Source: a virus (lineage: Duplodnaviria > Caudoviricetes). From it: a stretch of 54,501 nt of DNA. Made by a program: the position numbers and the translations under genes. This document shows positions 27,180 to 37,009 of the stretch, one piece after another (the first letter of the stretch is position 1; every line of letters starts with the position of its first letter). Where the stretch lies: positions 1-54,501 of the IMG/VR virus record IMGVR_UViG_3300018757_000023; one strand, written 5' to 3'. Under the pieces are notes generated by a model, which worked only from the letters and a program-made list of their open reading frames with translations, was not told the origin of the DNA and did no database searches.

Positions 27180-27278
27180 GCGGCTTTTTCTTTTGCCCTG
27201 TCATATGGCATAAAACTGGGCAAATTCATCACCGGACGCGACCGGGAAAACAAGCGAAGATGAAAGGAAGGATCATAT

Positions 27279-27902
27279 ATGGATTGGCTCAAACAACTGC
27301 TCGAAGGAATGCAACTGTCCCAGGAGCAAATCAAACAAATCTCAGAAGGGGTTGACGGCCATTACAAAGGTTATGTGCCTGAGCATCGATTCAAAGAGGT
27401 TAACGATGCTAAGAAGTCGCTGGAATCCACCTTGAAGGAACGGGATCAGCAGCTTGCAGATTTGAAGAAGTCTGCTGAGGGTAACGAAGCCTTGCAAACC
27501 AAGATCAAAGAACTAGAAGAAGCAAACAAACAAGCAGCTGATAAGTACCAAGCAGAGTTGAAGGAGCTGCAAACCAACACTGCGCTTAAACTGGCCCTGT
27601 CCGGGAAAGTTCACGACCCTGATCTTGTGGTCGGACTGCTGGACAAAACGAAAATTGAATTGGATGAATCCGGCAGCGTAAAAGCTGGTTTCGAGGATCA
27701 AATCAAGGCCCTGCAGGAGAGCAAGGCTTTTTTGTTTGTCCCTGAAAAGCAAGAACCAGGATTCCAATTTCGGGGCATGCAGCCGGCAGATGGTGCAGGT
27801 GGGGGCGAGGGGCAGCAACCAAATCTTGGAAAACAATTGGCGGCACAGAACAAGCAGTCGGGCGAAGTGATGCAGCAAGCCCAAGCAAACTATTTCAAGT
27901 AA
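27279..27902 (+). CDS. Capsid scaffolding protein
   Basis: YVP..RF.EVN, coiled coil, ES.AFLF; position. Confidence 0.85.
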   Translation: MDWLKQLLEGMQLSQEQIKQISEGVDGHYKGYVPEHRFKEVNDAKKSLESTLKERDQQLADLKKSAEGNEALQTKIKELEEANKQAADKYQAELKELQTNTALKLALSGKVHDPDLVVGLLDKTKIELDESGSVKAGFEDQIKALQESKAFLFVPEKQEPGFQFRGMQPADGAGGGEGQQPNLGKQLAAQNKQSGEVMQQAQANYFK

Positions 27903-27918
27903 AACGGAGGTAAAAACA

Positions 27919-28278
27919 ATGAGTAAATTTGTTACAACTCAATACGGCACCCCAAAGCAAATCCTCAAGTTCCCAGACCATTATGTTGCACTAACTGTTA
28001 CGGTCGATGACACGGGGATTACTGCTGGTCCAGATGGCAAAAAAATTGTTCCTGCTGGCACAATCATCGGCGGCGGGTTCTTGGCTGACGATACGAAGAA
28101 AGCAGTGGTGGCAAATGACGCAACGGCAGAAGGTGTGTTGTTCAATGATACGGATGTAACGTATGGACCCGCCCCAGGAGCTGCAATCATCCACGGATTC
28201 ATTGCGACAGATAAGTTGCCTACTGCACCTGCTGCTGATGCTATTACGGCGCTCAAACAAATCACATTCGTGAAGTAA
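27919..28278 (+). CDS. Head decoration protein
   Basis: KKIVPAGT, G.L..D.D, HGFI...LP; precedes the capsid gene. Confidence 0.7.
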   Translation: MSKFVTTQYGTPKQILKFPDHYVALTVTVDDTGITAGPDGKKIVPAGTIIGGGFLADDTKKAVVANDATAEGVLFNDTDVTYGPAPGAAIIHGFIATDKLPTAPAADAITALKQITFVK

Positions 28279-28292
28279 GGAGAGGGATATAG

Positions 28293-29345
28293 ATGAAAAC
28301 CATTTTCGATCTTATCAATGCGCGTGAGATCGCCACATATTACGAGGAGAACGGATCAAACAAGATCCCATACCTCGGAGAAACGCTGTTCCCAGCACGG
28401 AAGCAGCTTGGCCTTGATCTGAGCTGGATTAAAGGATTCAACGGACTGCCTGTTCAGTTGAAGCCGTCTGAATTCGATGCGAAAGCCACTCTGCGCGATC
28501 GAGTTGAAATGACCAAAGTTGATACGCAAATGCCATTCTTCCGAGAGGCAATGCGCGTAGGCGAGAAAGAGCGCCAAGAACTCCTGCGCTTGATGTCTTC
28601 CACTAACTCGCAATACCTGATGCCAGTAATCAACCGCATCTACGACGATGCCACAAACCTGGTTAACGGTGCGCGCGTCATTTCGGAACGCATGATCATG
28701 CAACTGCTCTCTACTGGCAAAATTTCGATTGCTGCCAATCGTCAGGATTACGAGTATGACTACCAGATGCCTGTCGGTCATCAAGAAACACTATCTGGAA
28801 CTGATCAATGGAGCGACCCGAATAGCAACCCTGTTGACGATATTCGTACATGGCAGGATAAAGTCGAAGATGATACAGGTGTTCGTCCGACTCGTGCAAT
28901 CTGCACTCGGAAAACATGGAACTACCTGCTGGCAAACGCAAAAATTCGGTTGGATATGAATCCTGCAGGTGGTCAAAACATCATTTTGACTGACTCCATG
29001 CTGAAGCAATACCTGGAAGCGAAACTCGGGGTTACTGTTGCTGTATATGGCAAGAAGTTTGCTCTCGAAGTCGGCGGCGCAGCTCAAAACTTCTATCCAG
29101 ACGATTACTTCACTCTCATCCCTGAAGGAAACCTCGGGAATCTCTACTATGGTACAACACCAGAAGAGGCTGACCTGATGAGTGGCGGAACATCCGCAAA
29201 CGTTCAGATCGTGAACACAGGTGTTGCGATTACAACGATCAAAGAGCCGCACCCAGTAAACGTTGAGACGATCGTTTCTCAAATCTGCCTACCGTCTTTC
29301 GAAACGATCGATACAATCTTCATCGCGAAGGTAGCAGGAGCGTAA
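28293..29345 (+). CDS. Major capsid protein (lambda E-like family)
   Basis: 350 aa, LFP.RK, MPFFRE, W.DP..NP..DI, YG.TPEE; position. Confidence 0.88.
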   Translation: MKTIFDLINAREIATYYEENGSNKIPYLGETLFPARKQLGLDLSWIKGFNGLPVQLKPSEFDAKATLRDRVEMTKVDTQMPFFREAMRVGEKERQELLRLMSSTNSQYLMPVINRIYDDATNLVNGARVISERMIMQLLSTGKISIAANRQDYEYDYQMPVGHQETLSGTDQWSDPNSNPVDDIRTWQDKVEDDTGVRPTRAICTRKTWNYLLANAKIRLDMNPAGGQNIILTDSMLKQYLEAKLGVTVAVYGKKFALEVGGAAQNFYPDDYFTLIPEGNLGNLYYGTTPEEADLMSGGTSANVQIVNTGVAITTIKEPHPVNVETIVSQICLPSFETIDTIFIAKVAGA

Positions 29346-29388
29346 GGAGAGGTATACAGCCTCTCCTATTTTCTTGGAGGTGTATGAA

Positions 29389-29553
29389 ATGTCGGATGTT
29401 CAAGGTGAAAAACAGCAGAGGAAATCGAAACAGAAGGTGCGACTGCTAAAAAACATCAAGTACAACGGTCAACGCTATAAGATTGGTGATGAAATTGACG
29501 TTGAGGCAAAGGACCTCGACTCTTTTGTCAAAGCCGGAATAATCAAGGGGTGA
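29389..29553 (+). CDS. Small head-associated protein (54 aa; not in ORF track)
   Basis: GGAGGTG RBS; V.LL.NIKYNG.RY..GDEI.V pattern. Confidence 0.6.
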   Translation: MSDVQGEKQQRKSKQKVRLLKNIKYNGQRYKIGDEIDVEAKDLDSFVKAGIIKG

Positions 29554-29559
29554 TAAGCC

Positions 29560-30090
29560 TTGAGTACAGCATTGATGCAGTATTATGACCGATCAAAAGG
29601 AGAGTGTGTGACGGTCACTCCAGAAACGCCTTTGCCCATTTCCGGGTCCAGCGGCGGAGGAGGAACCTCGAACGTTAACATCACTGGACAAACTGCCGGA
29701 TTGGCGACTGCAGCTAACCAAACATCAATGACGAACGAAATCAAGAAATTGGCTACAGCTGCTGCTCAATCGCAAATTCTCTCTGCCATTCAAGCCAACA
29801 AGCCCGTCATGCCCGTGGGGGTCACCTTTCTTTCTGGCGAAGTGGATCCTACATCCGGTAGTGACTACCCGAAATTGATTGATCTTGCTAATGAGGGCGC
29901 GGTTACGATCAAGATTCAATGCCCGAAGGCAAATACGGCTCCATTGCTCGTATCCAACGATTCTCTAGGATTTGGCCAATGGGAGATTCAACCCGGGGAA
30001 TCCGAGGAGTTCCATTACAACAAGCTCTATGTGTCCACTACAGGGCAAGACAAGCAAAACCTAACCTTCAAGGCGTGGAAGTATGCATAG
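29560..30090 (+). CDS. Putative structural protein (head fibre/decoration-like)
   Basis: Gly/Ser linker and beta-rich C-terminus; within head-neck genes. Confidence 0.55.
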   Translation: MSTALMQYYDRSKGECVTVTPETPLPISGSSGGGGTSNVNITGQTAGLATAANQTSMTNEIKKLATAAAQSQILSAIQANKPVMPVGVTFLSGEVDPTSGSDYPKLIDLANEGAVTIKIQCPKANTAPLLVSNDSLGFGQWEIQPGESEEFHYNKLYVSTTGQDKQNLTFKAWKYA

Positions 30091-30102
30091 GGAGGCGATT
30101 CT

Positions 30103-30495
30103 ATGACTTGGGAAGCACAAATCGCCAAAGTATTGGAAACCGTCAAACTGCGCCTTGGACTCTCTGAAAGCACACAGGATGCACTAATCACCTCTTACAT
30201 CACAGAGATTGGTTGCCGCATTAAACATTACTGCAACATTTCGACCATCCCGGATGATTTGAATTATGTATGGGCTTCTATGACGCTTGATGCTGTCCGC
30301 GTCGATCTGCCGAATGTCGATGAAATTTCCGACAGCGTGGGCGGCGGTGGCGCGAACGTCAAAGTAGGCGATACGTCCGTTTCTGGCGGAAGTGGATCAG
30401 GCGGAGGACTCTCCAATACCGCAAAGTCGGTAATAGACAGCGTTGTATTTAATTACAGGATGGATCTGCATCGGTATAGACGGATGAGGTGGTAG
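30103..30495 (+). CDS. Head-tail connector (gp15/gp6-like)
   Basis: I..YCN....P..L, GDTSV, L..YR pattern. Confidence 0.75.
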   Translation: MTWEAQIAKVLETVKLRLGLSESTQDALITSYITEIGCRIKHYCNISTIPDDLNYVWASMTLDAVRVDLPNVDEISDSVGGGGANVKVGDTSVSGGSGSGGGLSNTAKSVIDSVVFNYRMDLHRYRRMRW

Positions 30496-30497
30496 CC

Positions 30498-30866
30498 ATG
30501 GGGATAATCAACTACAAGCGCTACAGACGCGAAATTGAGCGTTTGTATGAGGACAAATGCACCATCTACCGCTACGAAAAGACGACCGATCCTGATGACG
30601 GAGAAACGGTGCTGAAGCCCGTTGCGGTTTACTCCGATCAAATCTGTCGCGTATCTCAAAAAACACTCGGAACCAACAATCAAACGGATGCTCAGAACAA
30701 CATCCAGTATGAAACGAAACTGTTCATCGCCCCTGAGTTGGAAATCAAGCAAGGTGACATGATTGAGGCCACACGCGGCACTTTAACGCGCAAATACGAG
30801 GCTGGAGAACCATTCCCTTATCCTTCGCACCAGGAAGTCAGTATCCAGCGTAAGGACTGGGCGTAA
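30498..30866 (+). CDS. Head closure protein
   Basis: Position; KLF..P...IK.G, Y.SHQE. Confidence 0.7.
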   Translation: MGIINYKRYRREIERLYEDKCTIYRYEKTTDPDDGETVLKPVAVYSDQICRVSQKTLGTNNQTDAQNNIQYETKLFIAPELEIKQGDMIEATRGTLTRKYEAGEPFPYPSHQEVSIQRKDWA

Positions 30867-31312
30867 TGGCGAAATGGGGAAGCTTCGATTTCAGCGGCTT
30901 TGAGAAGATAGCCCAGTCATTTCAGAAGACACTTGATGAGCGTGTGATTGAGCGTTTCATGCGGGACTTTCTCATGGAAATGGCGATGCGATCTTTGCGA
31001 AAGGTGAAGAAGCGTACTCCCGTTGGTAAAGACACTCCCTCACCAGGCCAACTGAGGAACGGTTGGCAAGTAGGAAACATCGAAAAACGCGGCGATTCTT
31101 TGCAAGTGGAGGTCTATAACAATACGCATTATGCCAGCTTTGTGGAGTACGGACACAGGACAGGAAAAGACCTCACCAAATGGGTGGAAGGTCGCTTTAT
31201 GATGACCATTTCCATGCAGGAGATCGAGCGAGAATTGCCGCGCTATCTGGAAAAGCGAATGGGTGAACTGCTAGATAATATCATGAACGGCAGACCACCA
31301 AATAAGGAGTGA
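30866..31312 (+). CDS. HK97 gp10-family neck protein
   Basis: RTPV...G.LR..W, YA.FVEYGHR, G.FM. Confidence 0.85.
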   Translation: MAKWGSFDFSGFEKIAQSFQKTLDERVIERFMRDFLMEMAMRSLRKVKKRTPVGKDTPSPGQLRNGWQVGNIEKRGDSLQVEVYNNTHYASFVEYGHRTGKDLTKWVEGRFMMTISMQEIERELPRYLEKRMGELLDNIMNGRPPNKE

Positions 31313-31316
31313 CAAA

Positions 31317-31742
31317 ATGCAACCAGTCACTTTCCTGGATGTTAGAACGGGCTTGTTAAAAGCTCTCGCACAAGCCTTTCCGGACATTGACAGATACGGC
31401 GAAGAAATCAAGGAGGGATTAACCACCCCTTCTTTTTTTGTGAAGCTTTTGGAGCCTACACACAATCAGGAGTTGGGCAGGCGCTATAACCGCGAGTTAC
31501 CTTTTGATGTGCATTATTTCGCGGAGACGAATAAAGACCGTATCACGATGGCGGAGCAGCTTGCCAGTGTACTTGAAACGATTCAAGTCAATGACAGACC
31601 AATTATCGGAATCAAAATGTCATGGCAGATCGTAGATGAGGTTTTACACTTCTTTGTCACGTACCGTATGCAAGTCTGGAAACAGAAGCCAGTTTATCCA
31701 AATATGCAAACTCTTGATGTAGAAGAGGTGATGAAACAATGA
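31317..31742 (+). CDS. Tail terminator-like protein
   Basis: E....G...PSFFV, FDVHYF, VD.VLHFF; precedes the sheath. Confidence 0.7.
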   Translation: MQPVTFLDVRTGLLKALAQAFPDIDRYGEEIKEGLTTPSFFVKLLEPTHNQELGRRYNRELPFDVHYFAETNKDRITMAEQLASVLETIQVNDRPIIGIKMSWQIVDEVLHFFVTYRMQVWKQKPVYPNMQTLDVEEVMKQ

Positions 31743-31936
31743 GCAAAAAAGCTGAGGAAAAAGAAAGCACTAAAGTGGTCGGTACTTTCACCAAGGAGCA
31801 ATTCATAGCATCCAAGCAATTTACGCCGCTTGAAAAGGATTTTCTTCGATCTGTTCTGGATGAAGGGAAGACGTACACGATCGATCAAGCGCGAGACGTG
31901 TTGAAAAAGACAATGAGTAAAGAGGTGAAGTCGTAG
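31739..31936 (+). CDS. Small tail-associated protein
   Basis: F.KEQ...SK.F...D.L..L....YT; precedes the sheath. Confidence 0.6.
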   Translation: MSKKAEEKESTKVVGTFTKEQFIASKQFTPLEKDFLRSVLDEGKTYTIDQARDVLKKTMSKEVKS

Positions 31937-33252
31937 TGTCTGGCGGAAACTTTACATTTCAAAATAAAGTGCGGTCCGGCGTTTACGTCAATGCGAAAAG
32001 CAAAAGACGCGCAATGGGTTCGATTGGAGAACGGGGAACCACGTCTCTGCCGTTGTCGCTATCGTGGGGGCCAGCAAAGCAGATAGTGAAGCTTGATTCT
32101 AGCGAAGATCCTTCAGGAATTTTGGGCTACTCAATCACAGACTCAGATGTGCTGTTGGTAAAAGAGGCGATGAAACGGGCAAAAACCGTTCTGCTCTATC
32201 GCTTGAATGAGGGGACAAAGGCCACTGCAACATCCGGTGCGTTGACCGTCACAGCAAAGTATGGTGGGGTTCGTGGAAACGACATCACGGTATCAGTGGT
32301 GCAAAATATCGATGATACCGAGAAATTCGATGTCAAAACGTTTGTTTCTGGAGAAGAGGCAGATGTTCAGACTGTTGCAACCATCGATGATCTTACAGCA
32401 AATGACTGGGTTACATTCTCAGGAACGGGAGCTCCTACTGCTACAGCAGGAGTACCCCTTGCAGGTGGCGATGACGGAACTCCAACAGCACAGGATTACG
32501 CTGATTTTCTTACGGCAGTTGAAGTAGAGAATTATCAAACAATCGGACTGACCGTGACTGACTCAACAATCAAAGACGTGTTCGTTTCATTCATTAAGCG
32601 TCAGCGTGACGATGAGGGCAAGAAAGTACAGCTTGTTGTGGAGAACTATCCTGCAGCGGACTATGAGGGTGTAATCAGCGTTAAGAACGGCGTTGTGCTT
32701 GCGGACGGAACAAAACTTACGGCAGCTCAAGCCGTAGCCTGGGTAGCTGGCGCAGAAGCCGCGGCGCAGGTGAATCAATCCCTCACCTACGATGCCTACG
32801 ATGGTGCCGTAGACGTTGAGCCTAAATACACAAATAGCCAGATTATCGAAGCTCTCAGGAACGGTGAATTCCTGTTCATTCCAAACAACGGTAGAGCAAT
32901 TGTGGAACAGGACATCAACACGTTTACCAGTTTCACACCGGATAAAAACAAGTCGTTTAGTAATAACCAGGTCATTCGCGTTGTGGATGGGCTTGCCAAT
33001 GATTACAACCGCATCTTTAGTGAGTTTTACCTTGGTAAAGTACCCAACAACGATGATGGACGCAATCTGTTGAAGTCTGAGTGCATCAACGTTTCGCAAC
33101 AGTACCAAAACGTCGAGGCGATCCAAAATTTCGATCCACAAACGGACTTGGAAGTATTGCCGGGGATTGAGGTTGATGCGGTAGTTATCAACCAATGGAT
33201 CCAGCCTGTTTCGGCAGTTGCGAAAATCTACATTACAATTACGGTGGAATAG
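31936..33252 (+). CDS. xkdK: Tail sheath protein (XkdK-like)
   Basis: GG.F..QNKVR.G.Y, YRLN.G, AKY.G.RGN, VEQDIN.F, PN..DGR. Confidence 0.92.
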   Translation: MSGGNFTFQNKVRSGVYVNAKSKRRAMGSIGERGTTSLPLSLSWGPAKQIVKLDSSEDPSGILGYSITDSDVLLVKEAMKRAKTVLLYRLNEGTKATATSGALTVTAKYGGVRGNDITVSVVQNIDDTEKFDVKTFVSGEEADVQTVATIDDLTANDWVTFSGTGAPTATAGVPLAGGDDGTPTAQDYADFLTAVEVENYQTIGLTVTDSTIKDVFVSFIKRQRDDEGKKVQLVVENYPAADYEGVISVKNGVVLADGTKLTAAQAVAWVAGAEAAAQVNQSLTYDAYDGAVDVEPKYTNSQIIEALRNGEFLFIPNNGRAIVEQDINTFTSFTPDKNKSFSNNQVIRVVDGLANDYNRIFSEFYLGKVPNNDDGRNLLKSECINVSQQYQNVEAIQNFDPQTDLEVLPGIEVDAVVINQWIQPVSAVAKIYITITVE

Positions 33253-33264
33253 GAGGGATAGCGA

Positions 33265-33729
33265 ATGTTTTTTAACGTAGAAGATGCAGTTCGCGGTAAA
33301 TTTGCGAAAGCATTTGCGACGATTGAGGGTAGAGTTGAAGAATTGTTTTATGGTCGCACGTTAGATGCGACTATTGAGAAGAACATGACTCCCGTCCCGA
33401 TTCTAGGCAAGACAACAACGCCACAACGCGCTGCTGGTTGGTCCGGTTCTGGTACACTTAATGTTTATTATGTCACGTCTGTATTTCGCGATCTTATGCT
33501 TAGATACGTGAAAACAGGACGTGACTTTTATTTTGACCTGACTGTAGTTAACGAGGATCCGCAATCAAGTGTTGGAAAGCAAACTGTTGTCCTCAAGAAC
33601 TGCAATCTTACGAGTTTGACTGTAGCTAAGTTTGACGCAACGTCTGATGAAATGCTGAACGAGGATATGCCGTTTACCTTCGATGACGTTGACATCCTGG
33701 ACCAGTTTGGTCGACCGGTAGCTATTTAA
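33265..33729 (+). CDS. xkdM: Tail tube protein (XkdM-like)
   Basis: G.G.L..YY.TS.F, NEDP.S.VG.Q.V.L, FTFDD. Confidence 0.9.
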   Translation: MFFNVEDAVRGKFAKAFATIEGRVEELFYGRTLDATIEKNMTPVPILGKTTTPQRAAGWSGSGTLNVYYVTSVFRDLMLRYVKTGRDFYFDLTVVNEDPQSSVGKQTVVLKNCNLTSLTVAKFDATSDEMLNEDMPFTFDDVDILDQFGRPVAI

Positions 33730-33795
33730 GTTTTAAAGGAGGCGGCATTAACTTGTCGCCTGCTATTTCACAAAAATAAAGGGAGAGATAAGAAT

Positions 33796-34209
33796 ATGAG
33801 TGCACTGACAGATTTTTTTGTATCCGAATTTGAAGATGCAGAAGTTGTTGAAAAAACGTTGAAACTTGGCGGGAAAGAAAAATTAATGAAGTTCAAGGCG
33901 ATCAGCGCTGCAAAAGGAGATGAACTCCGCAAAAGTTGCCGTAGGGTTAAAACGATAAAGGGAGTCCGTCAAGTCGAAACCGACCAGGACGCATACATTG
34001 CTAAGCTTATCACTGAAACAACGGTTTACCCTGATTTCAAGGATGCAGAATTGCAGAAAAACTGGGGCGTCATGGGAGCAGTTGAGCTTCTGGAAGCCAT
34101 GAAACAAAAAATGCTTGATGGAGAATACGGCGATTTAGCTCAATTTGTGCAAGAAGTAAATGGTTATCAAGTCGACATAAATGAGTTGGCGGAAGAAGTA
34201 AAAAACTAA
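33796..34209 (+). CDS. xkdN: Tail assembly chaperone (XkdN-like)
   Basis: VYPDF...EL...WG, GEY..L; ends in slippery A AAA AAC TAA. Confidence 0.85.
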   Translation: MSALTDFFVSEFEDAEVVEKTLKLGGKEKLMKFKAISAAKGDELRKSCRRVKTIKGVRQVETDQDAYIAKLITETTVYPDFKDAELQKNWGVMGAVELLEAMKQKMLDGEYGDLAQFVQEVNGYQVDINELAEEVKN

Positions 34210-34382
34210 TTGACGAGGGCGATAGTGATTGGAATTATGCTTACTTCGCCCTCCACAAATTACGAATCATGCCTTGGGAGTTTGCTGAATTGAATTTGCG
34301 GCAGAAAGCTGCATTAATCGCAATGATCGATGTCCGGATTGAATCTGAGAAAAAAGCAAATAAAAAAACGAAACACAAATGA
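34200..34382 (+). CDS. -1 frameshift extension of the tail assembly chaperone (GT-like)
   Basis: -1 frame open after AAAAAAC: LIDEGDSDWNYAYFALHKLRIMP...KHK*; no own start; downstream stem. Confidence 0.75.
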   Translation, partial: KKLIDEGDSDWNYAYFALHKLRIMPWEFAELNLRQKAALIAMIDVRIESEKKANKKTKHK

Positions 34383-34447
34383 CCTTCTTTTCGTAAGCAT
34401 GTTATGATAGGGTGAAGGATAATTTATCCAGAAAAGGAGGTCATTTT

Positions 34448-34990
34448 GTGGACTTGTTTTTGATTGTAATAATAGCAGTGGTTTTATTGGCGGTAATCGG
34501 GATGGTAGCAAGCAAAAAGACGAAAAATCACGCCAAAAATCTCGGAGCGAAAGAAAGTGCAATTGCATTGCATATGCACGGAATTCCGAACGTGAGTCAG
34601 AATGAACAAGCGAAAATATTCCTGATGGAAGATAAAATGATAATCGATGCAAACAAAAAAACGTTTGAACTAAAATACGAACAACTCACCGCTGTGGCAG
34701 GCCTGCAGAAAAGCGAACTCCTGAAAAAAGATAAATCAGTTATTGGTCGAGGAGTAGTAGGCGGTCTTGTACTCGGTCCATTAGGTGCTATTATCGGAGG
34801 GGTGTCAGGGATCGGACAGAAGAATATAAAAGGTGACTTTTTGGTCCTCAACTATTCGTCATCGGATTCAAACGAAACTAACGTACTCATCTTCGACACC
34901 AAAAACTTTATGATAGCTCAAAAACTTGCAAAATTTATAAGCGAAAGAATACCAGCAAAAATAAATGAGCAAGGTCATATACAGCTTTAA
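34448..34990 (+). CDS. Membrane-anchored moron protein with glycine-zipper segment
   Basis: N-terminal TM, KSVIGRGVVGGLVLGPLGAIIGG; AAGGAGG RBS; terminator at about 35002-35030. Confidence 0.75.
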   Translation: MDLFLIVIIAVVLLAVIGMVASKKTKNHAKNLGAKESAIALHMHGIPNVSQNEQAKIFLMEDKMIIDANKKTFELKYEQLTAVAGLQKSELLKKDKSVIGRGVVGGLVLGPLGAIIGGVSGIGQKNIKGDFLVLNYSSSDSNETNVLIFDTKNFMIAQKLAKFISERIPAKINEQGHIQL

Positions 34991-35051
34991 TAACAGACCA
35001 TAACGTCCCGATGTTGGGGCGTTTTTATTTTGTCAGAAAGGCGGTGAAAAA

Positions 35052-36995
35052 ATGGCAACAGTTACATCAACGCTAAAAATGTTTGATGCAATGACTGGTC
35101 CGCTGAAAAACATTACGCAAAGCCTTAACTTGACTATATCAGCAATGCAAAGTATGCAAAATGCGGCAAACCGAAATGTAAAGGTTGATAACTCGTTGAT
35201 AGCAGCTAAACAAAGAATTGCACAAGCTGAATCTCAGATAGTCAAGGCAATCGATCAGGCAACTGCAGCGCAAAATAGGTATAACAAGAGTTCACAGCAA
35301 AGTGTTGATGAGTCAAATAAATTGCTAAGCGTAGTTAAAGATATTGCTGCTACATATCTAACTTTCAGTGGATTGAGAACTTTGGGGAGAGCCACGATAG
35401 TTGCGGCAATGGAACAGCAGAAAATGCTTGATATGTTCATTGCGCGTACAGGGAATGCGGAGATTGGTACAGCGATGTTCGAGAAATTTAAACGCGATGC
35501 TTTAGCCGCCGGGCAAGATGTTAACAAATCGTTGCAAAGTACGTTGTCATTCTTTTCAACAACGCAAAATGCCGAACAATTGACAAAGCTAAACAATCTA
35601 GCTCAGAGATTGAATGCATTTGATTCAGCGGGCAACGGAATCGAAGGGGCAGCATTTGCATTGAAAGAGGCAATGAGCGGTGACATCGTATCTCTTGCCG
35701 AGCGATTCAATATGTCGAAAACCGATATTCGTGCATTCAAAATTGATGAGCTTGGAAAAAAGGGGGATATGGAAGGCTTTATTAAACAATTTGACTTGTT
35801 GCTAGAAAAGCAACGAATGGGGCAGCAAGCTTTTGAACAAATGATGAAGAGCCCAGCAAAACAACTGGAGATTTTCACAAACAACATGCGCTCGAAATTT
35901 GCTGAGACGGGTGGAGAAGCGATGAGGGCATTGCTTCCATTTATAACTATGTTGAACCAATCGTTTCAAGCAGGTAGATTTGATTCGTTCTTTTCGGCGC
36001 TAGGAAAAGCCTTAACGGTGACAATGGTTCTTTTAACAGCAATCACAAAAGGAGCGATGAGCTTTTATGATGTCGTTTCAACCTACTGGCCAGAAATAAC
36101 AGCCATGCTCATCTTTTGGGGGAGCACATTAATCCCAGGCGTGGTAACAAAGTTATGGGCTTTGGTTCCTCCGATATACGCTCAGGCCGTTGCATGGCTA
36201 GCTGCAAACTGGCCCATCTTGCTAATTGTAGCTGCAATCGGATTACTGATATACGCCTTACGAAGCCTTGGAGTCACCAATGAGCAGATAGTGGGTTTTG
36301 TGACAGGTACATTCAACACTCTGTTTGCTGCCATCTACAATGGAGTTGGTTTTGTCTGGAATAACATTCTGGCTTTTGCGGAGTTCTTGGCAAATATCTT
36401 TATCGATCCGGTGTACGCAATCCAAAAGCTGTTTTACGACATGCTCAAGAATGTATCGGATTATTTCGGTAACTGGGCTAATAGCGTGGTTGATGTGCTC
36501 AACTGGTTAATTAGCAAATTCAACGAGATAACAGATTCATCCATCCAGATGATTGCAAAACAAGACAGCTCCTGGATAGAGAAGTTCAAACCAGAGACAA
36601 ACAAAGCTGTAGTTGACTTGTCCAAATATCAAATGCAACAAAAAGATCTTGGGGCTGCGTTTGAATCTGGGTATAGCTGGGGAGCGAGTGCACTAGGCAA
36701 TCTGAGCAACGCTTTAAGCATGCCAGACTCATTAAACATACAAAGCATCGGAAAAGTCGGAGAGGTAGGAAAAATCCGCGATTCAGTAGATATCAGTAGC
36801 GAAGACCTGCGCCTAATGCGCGAATATGCCGAACAACAGAGTATCCAAAACTTCGTATCGCTCACGCCAACTGTACAGGTGACTGGCGACAACCATTACA
36901 GCAGCGGATATGACATTGACACCGTAATTGCCAGGATCAATCGCGAGCTTGAGGAAGGAATCGCATCGACTGCAAGGGCAAGTTGGAATGTGTAA
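35052..36995 (+). CDS. Tape measure protein
   Basis: Position after the chaperone; helical Ala-rich with hydrophobic central segments. Confidence 0.85.
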   Translation: MATVTSTLKMFDAMTGPLKNITQSLNLTISAMQSMQNAANRNVKVDNSLIAAKQRIAQAESQIVKAIDQATAAQNRYNKSSQQSVDESNKLLSVVKDIAATYLTFSGLRTLGRATIVAAMEQQKMLDMFIARTGNAEIGTAMFEKFKRDALAAGQDVNKSLQSTLSFFSTTQNAEQLTKLNNLAQRLNAFDSAGNGIEGAAFALKEAMSGDIVSLAERFNMSKTDIRAFKIDELGKKGDMEGFIKQFDLLLEKQRMGQQAFEQMMKSPAKQLEIFTNNMRSKFAETGGEAMRALLPFITMLNQSFQAGRFDSFFSALGKALTVTMVLLTAITKGAMSFYDVVSTYWPEITAMLIFWGSTLIPGVVTKLWALVPPIYAQAVAWLAANWPILLIVAAIGLLIYALRSLGVTNEQIVGFVTGTFNTLFAAIYNGVGFVWNNILAFAEFLANIFIDPVYAIQKLFYDMLKNVSDYFGNWANSVVDVLNWLISKFNEITDSSIQMIAKQDSSWIEKFKPETNKAVVDLSKYQMQQKDLGAAFESGYSWGASALGNLSNALSMPDSLNIQSIGKVGEVGKIRDSVDISSEDLRLMREYAEQQSIQNFVSLTPTVQVTGDNHYSSGYDIDTVIARINRELEEGIASTARASWNV

Positions 36996-37009
36996 AGGGA
37001 GAAGATGAG

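Noticed and set aside
32587-33195. Long antisense ORFs within structural genes (also 7162..7719 and 28791..29282)
   Set aside because: Antisense shadows of well-supported genes with no independent signals
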